Assembly: GCF_027921745.1 (NCBI RefSeq)
Contig: NC_079240.1
Coordinates: 868,001-932,000 of the forward strand
Origin: Schizosaccharomyces osmophilus
Taxonomy: Eukaryota
Direction of reading: 5' to 3'
Length of the DNA: 64,000 nucleotides
A model generated the notes under the pieces. The model ran no database searches. It worked only from the letters and a program-made list of their open reading frames with translations, and was not told where the DNA came from. This document shows, in pieces, positions 12,672 to 21,826 of the stretch. The position numbers and the translations under genes are program-made. How positions within the stretch are numbered: position 1 is the stretch's first letter; each line of letters begins with the position of its first letter.

Positions 12672-13201
12672 CGGCTACTGTTTCTATACTTGTTATTTCC
12701 TCTGTTGGAACAGTTTGAAACTAAAGCCAATGCTCAGAAGTAACGAAGGTAACATAACCGACAACAGACTCCTAATTTACGAACAATTCATACTAACCGA
12801 AAAAGGGTTCTGCGTTTCATCTTGACTTATTCATTGAATAGTTTTCCTTTTTCTCTTCTTAATCGTAATCAAGTAGTTGGCTCGTTAATTATTTTGTTGG
12901 GCTTAATCAACTGAAACGTTATTCGAAACTTGAAAGTAGTATTTTGCAGGAGCTTGCTAATGTTTACTTCTTTCATGTTTTCCATTGTCGCTTAATATTT
13001 GTCTGGTTTCTATTTTATGAATCCACGTTGCAAAACAATACAATTATAACCGTCTGTTTCGTCTAGTGCATCCTTCTTACAGGATTGCATTGATAGAAAA
13101 GTTTGCACCGACGATTCAACACCCGGATTACTTTCTTTCCTCGGTTATTCATCCTTTCATCCGTTTAGTTGTTGACTCCATCATTGTTTACTCGTTTTGG
13201 A

Positions 13202-16036
13202 ATGGATCCTTGGTTTGAGTATGATGATATTCTAAACCAGGAATTTACTCAAGCGGCGAATTTCCCAGCTGTTTCAGAAGTTGAGGAGAGTTTAGCTTCT
13301 TTTGAACCTACATTTCAAAAATTCGACGCGTTACCTCCATCCCCTGAAGACCATGCTTCCGCGCTAGTTCATAGTTTGCAAACCCACTCTAGCCATCTTA
13401 CAGCAAACCCTACATACGTGAATCCATCCCAGATCAATCCTTTTGAATATGCTTCCTTAATAAGCAATTCTGAATGCCACTATCCTATAAGTCCCAATGC
13501 TACATTATCGGAAGCTTCCACACCCGAATTATCAAACCCGCAAGCTCGATACCTCAAAAATAAGCGCAAGAAAACTCAGCTTTACACAAAGCTTCATCCC
13601 AATCATTATGCACTTCTTTCGAAGTCCTTCGATGAAGATCCTTTTCCTCGCATGTCTTCGCAAGACATAAACCTTGAATATCTTCGTCAAACGGGTTTTA
13701 ATGATCCTATAATTTTTCCATCGGTTGATACTCAAAATACAAATCAGCTTACCCTTAGTAAAATTGCTATTCTCGTTGGAAATGATTGTCCTCTTCATAT
13801 AGTCGATGTGGTCACACAAAGGCAAATTTCCAACAAAATGACCATGAAGCAATGGTTGCAATATATGAGACAGAAGCCTTCTGAACGCTCTAGAATATAC
13901 GATGTTTTAAGCTTTGAAGTATCGACTACAAAACTTGCTCTTTATGTTCGGAAACCCGACATTGTTCGCGACCTTGACCTTGTAAATATTGTTTGGCCAC
14001 CCAGTGCTTTTGCTTCAGGGGATTGTCCTCATGTAGATACTTATTGTCAAATGTCAGCCGAAAACTCTTATATCGATTTTCATATAGAATTTGGTGGATC
14101 GAGCGCTTACTATAATATATTGGATGGTCACAAAATCTTTTATCTGATCCCCCCCAGCCAAAAACACTGGAATGCTTATATATCTTGGCTTACAGCAAGT
14201 GAAAGCAAGCGAGAGTCTTTTCTACCAGATATGGTGGATAAATGCTATCATGTGGAAGTTCGAGCAAAAGAAACCATTATCATTCCTTCTGGTTGGATTT
14301 ATGCAGTTAAAACACCGTGTGATACAATTGCGATCTCTGGCAATTTTCTCACTAGTCTTCATATTCAATCTCAGATTTATATCAACGAACTGGAGGTCAA
14401 CCTAGGTATTGAGCGAGAATTTCAATTTCCATGCTTTGAAAGTATTATGTGGTATACTGCAGTTCATTTCTACTTTGCTTTTCCTGATAATGGTCCGAGA
14501 GATGGCATAGATGACATGCTCTCGATATACGAAACGGGTTCGTTATTAGAGATAGAAAAATTTACATCTCAAGAACTGCAAGGATTTGAAGAATTGCTTA
14601 ATTATATTTATATACGCGCACAAATACTTCGAGAATGTGACTTCATAGTGGATATTGAGCAAAACAATGTTCAAATACAGGAAAATAATGGATTTGAAGT
14701 TGCATGGGCAATGGTTCCTCCTTCATTGGAGGAAGTTTGTGTTGATTTTGTTAAAAAATTCGGAACTTGGTTTACCTATCATCATGGTCGCAGTATTTAT
14801 ATGCCGTTTCTCTACAGGGCTCAAGAAACGAACATTAGAAGGAGAGATAAGAGGAAAACTCCTCAAAAAGTTACTATCACCTGCCATCGACCTACAAAAG
14901 GTCAGCTATTTTCAGCAGTTGTTGTTCACACTCGCAAGTCCTTCATCGAAGCTTGCAAGCTAGAAGAAGAAAGAAGTATAAAAAGGGCGAAAACAACTGT
15001 CGAAAGGGAAGATATACAAAAAGCAAATAATGATAAACTCGTGGACCGGTTCTTTTATCCAAGAAGTAGCAATACTGATACAAATATCCTGGGCCCTTCT
15101 ATATTAATTTTCTCAAAAAAAATCAATACTAGTTTTATCAAAAAACTACTTCAAAATAACTCTTTTACAGTTTCCCTTAATCGTCAAGTTGTACGGGTTT
15201 TTAGAAGTTTCACTCGGCAAAAGCGAATGCTATCACTACGATCGTTTTTGAATGAATTTCCTAAAATTTCTAATAGTTGTTCGCATAAAAGGTTAAAACA
15301 AAAACCAGCCAGTGACACTGGTGATTATGCTTTACTATCGCAGGAACATGCTCTAATACTACACCCACAGATCTTCCTTAAGCGTTCTAGTAATTCATTG
15401 TCGCTTACACACTATTTTTCTTTGGAGGATTTTTACAAAGGCCATAGCAAGAAGGTGCATAATGAATCTACTTTGCATCACCAACCTGAAAGAACAGCAC
15501 TGGTTCTAGATTCTAGTTATCATAATCAAAAAGCATGTGAAAATATGGATTTTTATATGGATAATAAAGAAATCTATGCTAAGAAGAATAATTTTTTGGG
15601 CTTCTCAACGTTGGTCTCATCACCATCAAGCAATGAAGATAGCTCGTTCCTGGAAGATTGTTTTGACATAGCAGACGCGATTTCTTCCCCAAGTAAACAA
15701 AATATGTCAAAGCGGAAACTTGACGAACAGGATACGTTTCAAGGAAAAAATCAGCTGAAACCAATAAGAACATCAACCAGAATAAAGTCGATGGGCGATT
15801 TGCAGATGAAAAACTCCAGCAATTCCCAATCAGCAATTGATTCTCATTTTTACTCAACAAAACCGTTTAAGGAATCAATAAAGGACGAGAAACATGTTAC
15901 TAAAGTTGAGAATAATAACAAAAGACATTTCGATGGACGGAACAGCAATGTCCAATCCTTAGATGACCAGGATCAAGATCACATTTACGATTTTGCGGAT
16001 GGACCACCTCCCAAAATCCGTTTGAAGTTGTCGTAA
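13202..16036 (+). CDS. epe1: JmjC-domain anti-silencing/heterochromatin boundary factor Epe1
   Basis: ATG at 13202 (MDPWFEYDDIL). KDM2/7-like JmjC with YIDFHIEFGGSSAYY and IPSGWIYAVKTP; long low-complexity C-terminus. Confidence 0.92.
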   Translation: MDPWFEYDDILNQEFTQAANFPAVSEVEESLASFEPTFQKFDALPPSPEDHASALVHSLQTHSSHLTANPTYVNPSQINPFEYASLISNSECHYPISPNATLSEASTPELSNPQARYLKNKRKKTQLYTKLHPNHYALLSKSFDEDPFPRMSSQDINLEYLRQTGFNDPIIFPSVDTQNTNQLTLSKIAILVGNDCPLHIVDVVTQRQISNKMTMKQWLQYMRQKPSERSRIYDVLSFEVSTTKLALYVRKPDIVRDLDLVNIVWPPSAFASGDCPHVDTYCQMSAENSYIDFHIEFGGSSAYYNILDGHKIFYLIPPSQKHWNAYISWLTASESKRESFLPDMVDKCYHVEVRAKETIIIPSGWIYAVKTPCDTIAISGNFLTSLHIQSQIYINELEVNLGIEREFQFPCFESIMWYTAVHFYFAFPDNGPRDGIDDMLSIYETGSLLEIEKFTSQELQGFEELLNYIYIRAQILRECDFIVDIEQNNVQIQENNGFEVAWAMVPPSLEEVCVDFVKKFGTWFTYHHGRSIYMPFLYRAQETNIRRRDKRKTPQKVTITCHRPTKGQLFSAVVVHTRKSFIEACKLEEERSIKRAKTTVEREDIQKANNDKLVDRFFYPRSSNTDTNILGPSILIFSKKINTSFIKKLLQNNSFTVSLNRQVVRVFRSFTRQKRMLSLRSFLNEFPKISNSCSHKRLKQKPASDTGDYALLSQEHALILHPQIFLKRSSNSLSLTHYFSLEDFYKGHSKKVHNESTLHHQPERTALVLDSSYHNQKACENMDFYMDNKEIYAKKNNFLGFSTLVSSPSSNEDSSFLEDCFDIADAISSPSKQNMSKRKLDEQDTFQGKNQLKPIRTSTRIKSMGDLQMKNSSNSQSAIDSHFYSTKPFKESIKDEKHVTKVENNNKRHFDGRNSNVQSLDDQDQDHIYDFADGPPPKIRLKLS

Positions 16037-17169
16037 GAGGGTTTCACAGTAAACGATTTGGACTGCATTCTATGGCAGGACATGAAGCACGGAGCATGTT
16101 TTATTTATAATGAATGAACGATTTTTGTAATATGAAGTTACGCTATATTCTTAGAAGCTTGGAAAAGTAGCATTCCTTTCTTTGCTCGAAATAGTGTGTC
16201 ATATTCGGTTTATGATTTTATAATGGTTTGGTTTGGTTTGGTAAGGTATGGGGTTTACTGATATTTCTTTTAAATGATTATTGTATAATTAATGTATGTT
16301 CATATACGATCTTTTTTGTATATATAACTTGGGTTTAGTCACTTTTATTTTATTATGAAATAAATCTTGATTTCAACAGATCTAAAGATCAGCAGAACTC
16401 CAACAATTGTAGATGAATCCAAGGAAGATCGCTTGAAATCATTTCTTAATTTTCATTTCATTCTGCATATCTTGAAAAAGGGACCAATTCGTCGACGACC
16501 TCGTTATGTTACTTTTGTAATGGGACTTGTGGCAGAAATATCACAAGGAAAGGCAATGTAAACCGACTTAACTTGGTAAATATAATCATAGAAATATATG
16601 TGAAACAGCGCATTAAAGTCTACTTGCAAATTGTAGTGATGTTTAAGGATTTGATTAAACAATTTAATCTAGTTATCCAACTTTTCCAGCTGAAAACATC
16701 GATTACAAAATTTTCAGTTTCCATAATTACCGCTCAGGCCCCTCTGTAGCCTTGACATTATGATTCCTAAATTGCATTGTCGACGGTTTGTTTACTTTGT
16801 TTTATATGAAAATTGCTTAGATTTTGTTTTCGAACTCTGCCAATATCATATTATCGAGTATGTATAGGTGACGATTTGATACCTATGAAAAGTATGAGTT
16901 GTAAGTCAATAGAAACTTTAGACTAAATAATGAATTGAGGACGCTTCATAAACTGGTAGAAAAAATCAAACTAATAATATGTAGCATTCATAGAGGTTGC
17001 ACAGCTCGTGCTGTAGCAATCACACATCTATAGCGAGTAAAATCAAATTGCTTACCGTATTTATACAATAACCAAGAAAACATTGTGAAAAGTGACCAAA
17101 CAACAGGTCTTCTTGTCCGCACACTCCAGCAATTTGACAATAAAAACACAGTGTACTATAACACCGCAT

Positions 17170-17251
17170 GTCTACCGCCATACCTAAGCTTATAATTCTC
17201 TCGTTAGTACTATGGTTGGAGACAACATGAGAATCCGGGATGCAATAGGCT
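17170..17251 (+). pseudogene. 5S rRNA pseudogene with internal deletion
   Basis: 17170-17189 GTCTACCGCCATACCTAAGC matches the fission yeast 5S 5' end. 17200-17251 CTCGTTAGTACTATGGTTGGAGACAACATGAGAATCCGGGATGCAATAGGCT matches the 3' part. The central ~45 nt are replaced by TTATAATTCT. Total length is 82 nt versus about 119 nt. A T-run follows at 17258-17263. Confidence 0.9.
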
Positions 17252-17887
17252 CCCCCCTTTTTTCTTTTCTTTTCTTCTTTATTTTTTTTAAAAAATGAGC
17301 TTGTTCAACAGTGTCTTCTATTAAATGTTGGTTCACACTAGTAGGTGCTTTTTCGATTTTTATCTGATCTTGGTAGTATATATCTGCTACGCTACCGCTA
17401 AGTGAATCATCACATTTCAATTACAAAGGCTGTCCCAAGAAAGCATTGTGTATTATATATTTTATTGTAAAGTAGCTATCATAAGTATGGAATTCTCTTC
17501 TTTTCACACGTTTCTCGGTGCTGTTTCATGTCTCTTCAAACTATAATAATAGGGTTTGGTGTTCAGGTAAAGTAGTAGTCTTCCAAAGACACTTTTTTGA
17601 TTAGAATCAAATGTCAAAATTAATTAAACTAAATTAAAGCAAATGTTAAAATGTCATTTTCAGCTAGCACTAAAGCATTTTTTTTTTTTTTGACGAAACT
17701 TTTCATCATTGGTTTGTTTACGATTTAGTGACGCGCTCCATATTGCAAATCAACGTAACGTTATTTAATGAGACAACAGTAATCTGTACACTACTGTACG
17801 TAATTCTTCTAACATTTACAACACAGGAACCGGATAGTTCATTGAGTAGAAATTACTGGTTTTGACGCTCTTTTTTTTTTGTAAATT

Positions 17888-19429
17888 ATGAATAGAAATG
17901 TTTCTGAAATTAGTAGTGATAATATGCGAAGGAAAGAATCAGAACCGTTAAAACAAGAGACAGGAGGGAATGAAGGCAATTCTCCAACCCAGACGAACGA
18001 CGACGCTGATGCTATTGAAAAGAAACAAGATGAACCAGTTCAAGAAAATGATCAATTGGGAGAAATTATAGAAATGGATTCACAATATTTTGAAGATACT
18101 TCAGCTACTTTGGAACAAGATGAAAAGTCCAGTTCAGAAAGAGAGGTTTCTACTTCATCGAGGCCGGCACATCCAATGAAGCAAAACGGTCTCCATATTG
18201 TCACAGGATTTCCAAAGCCAGCTTCCGAAGGGAGATATCAGGGAAGACAAGAAGATTCTTATTTTTCTCGCAATGGAATTAACCCGTCCTTTCATCAACC
18301 GACGGTCCCTTCATTCCCGAATGTTCATGGAAGATCTGATGGAATTCCCATTACCGCAAATAGCTCCCTTACCCACTCCTTCAACTATCCCATGATGAAT
18401 CCATATATGGCTGGTGCTCAATTTGGGCCTCCACCTATGCATATGAAGTCGGGCATGAATCCTCACTCCCATTTCCAAGGCTATCGTCGCCCTCAAGTTG
18501 CTAGGACTCAGTATTTTGAAGAAAGCATTCCTATTCAGAATCATTCACGTAATAAAGATGGAAAACATTGGACAGGAAAAAGAGGCCAACGAACTGTTGA
18601 AATTCATTTGAATTTTGGGATACCTTCTTCTTCTAGATCCGTTCCTCTTCAGCCGAAGAAGCGCATCACACACGTTGTATATAATTCCCGTCTTCATCAA
18701 AAAAACTTGAGGGTCTGCCTCCCTGGATCCGGTTCGGTCACAGTTCCCTCAAAGTCGAAAAACAAGTTTAATATGAACACATTTCCCGTCCCCATGTCTT
18801 CTTTCCCCACTCCAGCCCCTTCTATCCCCTACAATCCTAATTTTCCTGCTGTACCGCCTTTCAACTTTTTACCTACGCCTGCTATGCCTCCAAACCCTAG
18901 TCAACCGAATTTTTTTCAATACGACTTTCCTCCTCAATTTGACCCTGCCTTGTATCCTCAGGTCCCTCCCCAGGATAGTTACGCAAGTATGAATTGCTCT
19001 CCGTTATTCAATCCCTCCATTCCTGCTGCATCAAGTATCCGTTCTGAGGCTCCTTTAGCTAGTGGAGCTTCAAATCCTCCTGCTCTTGGCGTTGGTAATG
19101 ACCCTTCTGCTTTTTATCAACAAACTACTGCTCCTCTTGGAGCCGCTTATCCCAATGCTACTTTTTCTCCTTCTTCGACTTTTCCCATGATGCCTGCTTA
19201 TTGGCCTTACCCTGCTGTTTATGATCCCTCTACTCAATCCATGCTCCCTCCCAACATTGCTCCTCCTTTACCAGCTAATGATACGAGCCTAATGTCAAGA
19301 ATGAATAGTGATAATGTTCATCCATTTTCTCCGTCTAATCCTACATCTACCCCACCATATGGCTATGTTTACTATTACGATCCCAACCAATATTACAATG
19401 GTCAGGACAACGGACCAAAGCCTTCGTAA
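17888..19429 (+). CDS. Pro/Ser-rich 513-aa protein (positional counterpart of S. pombe SPCC622.15c); possible degenerate Barentsz/CASC3 relative
   Basis: Long ATG-initiated ORF with an acidic N-terminus and a Pro-rich C-terminus ending in GYVYYYDP. The function is an inference (see findings). Confidence 0.85.
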   Translation: MNRNVSEISSDNMRRKESEPLKQETGGNEGNSPTQTNDDADAIEKKQDEPVQENDQLGEIIEMDSQYFEDTSATLEQDEKSSSEREVSTSSRPAHPMKQNGLHIVTGFPKPASEGRYQGRQEDSYFSRNGINPSFHQPTVPSFPNVHGRSDGIPITANSSLTHSFNYPMMNPYMAGAQFGPPPMHMKSGMNPHSHFQGYRRPQVARTQYFEESIPIQNHSRNKDGKHWTGKRGQRTVEIHLNFGIPSSSRSVPLQPKKRITHVVYNSRLHQKNLRVCLPGSGSVTVPSKSKNKFNMNTFPVPMSSFPTPAPSIPYNPNFPAVPPFNFLPTPAMPPNPSQPNFFQYDFPPQFDPALYPQVPPQDSYASMNCSPLFNPSIPAASSIRSEAPLASGASNPPALGVGNDPSAFYQQTTAPLGAAYPNATFSPSSTFPMMPAYWPYPAVYDPSTQSMLPPNIAPPLPANDTSLMSRMNSDNVHPFSPSNPTSTPPYGYVYYYDPNQYYNGQDNGPKPS

Positions 19430-19905
19430 AAAAAAAAAAAAAACAAACTATCAATAAATACGTGAAGAACTTTTTCCGTCATGCTCAAGGGATCCACCCT
19501 TTTATGACATTTTGACTGAACGGGTGGGTTGCATTTGATGATCACTTTTTTGCAGACTCAATAATGATTTTGTAGCAGTAGCTTGTGTCAGAGCATGCTT
19601 TGGATCCGTAGAGAATTTGCAACCCTATATGACAGAAAAAAAGTATTAGAAAATTGAACGAAATAATTTTAACAGTGAAGAAGTAAATAGTAATATCTAT
19701 TTCTAAAAATGAAGAGTAAAAAAATAATAAAAAAAAAAAAGAAAAAAAATTCAATGAATCTTGATATACATATCAACTATACATGTTTACGATATAAAAT
19801 GTATGGTGCGCTTATAGTTTTCACGGTGATTGCTTGTTTAATAGTTCCTTTCATAAGACACCTCTATAACAAAACCGAAAAAGAAATATAAGTTTACTTT
19901 ACAGC

Positions 19906-20974
19906 TTAATCTCGCTTTCTTTCGGTTCTTTGTGGGTTGACAACAGAAGAGTACGACGGTAGATCCTCAGAATGATTATCGTTATGCATTAATGGATTTG
20001 TAACATCCGGATCCGCCTGATGTTCTGAAGCAGGTTGTTGAGAAGAACCATCAGTTGCGTTTATATTTTCATCAATCATGGATCGTACCTGTTGATAGGA
20101 CTGACGAGCAGTCGATTGAACGGAAGAAGAAAATGTTTTCATAGCATCAACATAATCTTTTCGAATTTCAGGAGCCTAAAAAAAGTTAGAAAATTATAAA
20201 GATATAAATAAATTGTATAAAAGAAAGCCTTACCTTTGAAAAAGTAGACTGTACATAAGTTTTATTGATATCTTGTACCTGTTGTGAAACCGATTTGGAA
20301 AACATGCTCCATCCATGATTAAAAGCAGAAAGAGGATTTTTTGAAAGCTCATCCATAAAGGAAGGTCCACTCTCTCCATCACCGGAATATGTAGGAGGCA
20401 CGGAGTTTGAGCTACCAAATCCAGCGTACCGACCTCCCTGAGAAGGAGGCAAGTCAGCGGAACGCTGGGAATTCATAGATCCCAAGCGTTCAAAGTAGTG
20501 TTCGTTATCTTCCTTTCTGGGAATAGGGGCTGTGCTCGACTTGGCTTCTGGCTTTTCGGGACGCTCTCCTTTTACCCATTCACGGCCATCGACATCTGCA
20601 AGAAGCTTTTCTCGATAATCTTCAGCAATATCAGTGTTATACTAAAACAATTAGATATTTTGAACCTGTAAACTTCAACTAACCTTATCACGGATACTTG
20701 TTGAAGAAGAAAACTCGGGGTCAGTCATGAGAAATGCACGAGCACGTTCGTTTCCTCCTTTTTCTATCATTTGTACTTGTCGTTCATTCCAATTATCCAT
20801 CGTGACACTACGCACAAAACTCTTCTCTACACCCAAACCACGGTGCTGTCCACTACATTCCAAACATATAAAGATACCAAGGTTACAAGATGCCCATTGA
20901 GGGTTTGGAGAATCGCAATCAAAGCATTTCCTATTTTCAGGAAGACGAGCAATTTTTTCTAAAGTTTCTGACAT
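19906..20974 (-). CDS. gcs1: Arf GTPase-activating protein (Gcs1-type), about 322 aa, 3 exons
   Basis: Exons 20974-20684, 20641-20234 and 20175-19906. Zinc finger [41 protein letters not shown] motif. Confidence 0.9.
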
Positions 20975-21826
20975 TATTGCAAGTGGAAATTCGTCTAAAT
21001 CTGTGTAGAGAGAGGAGGTTAACTGGATTTCAGGTCCAATCCAATAGTATTATGTGTTTACAAATATATAATACCTTTTCAACGTATAATAATATCGTGT
21101 TAACGAACATAATGTTGAAATGCCCTTTCAGAGAAAGATCAAGTAGTTGAAGGAAAGGAAATTTGGAATTGAACGAGAAGAAGTAAAATCGTAGTATTAA
21201 AACATCATTTCTTGGTTCTCTATTGTTGCAGCAAGCACATTGTTTATTTTGATTCAAACAACAAGCTTCTTTCGTAGATAAATAACTGGGTGCCTTAATG
21301 GTAAGTGCTGTATGTCTTTTTGTTGGGTTTATATATATATATATGTTTCCTGTAAAAGCCTTTTATTTACAACTTGAGGATTGCAGAATTGAGGTATAGC
21401 TCAAGAAGCCTCCATGAAGATATAGGACAAAAATGAGAATTGTTTATTAGGTTTCGCATGTGATTAGAATAAATTCCTAGTGTCTATGAATAAATTCTTC
21501 TGACTTCGATCTTCAATAAACTAGTAAAAAGATTTCATCGAAAATTATGCGACAAACTGGAAGCGAATTCACCATTGGTAATGAATTAGAAGTTTAAAAC
21601 TGCTTTCTTTTTATGTACATTTGCATTTAAGCTATGGCAAAATTATCTTGTTGTAAACCACGACCTATGAAAAAAGCATACTGACAACAGTTCACCATTA
21701 GGTCAAGGCTTCAAGGAAATAACAAGGAAAACGAATAGTGATCATTCTAGTTGGTAATTTTCTGCTTTTGTAAGACTGAAAAAAATTCAAGAGGTTGGTT
21801 TCTGCTAATTTCCCCATTGTTTCTAC

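Noticed and set aside
16223..16256. (TGGTT)n run resembling a telomeric seed
   Set aside because: Only about four units in the epe1 3' region, and it does not match fission yeast GGTTAC-type repeats; a simple microsatellite.
17190..17420. 76-aa minus-strand ORF
   Set aside because: Overlaps the 5S relic and poly(T) tracts, has a non-ATG start and gives a low-complexity Lys-rich translation.
19427..19443. A16 tract directly at the stop codon of the Pro-rich gene, suggesting a retrocopy
   Set aside because: The gene appears syntenic, I see no target-site duplication, and long A/T tracts are frequent in this window.
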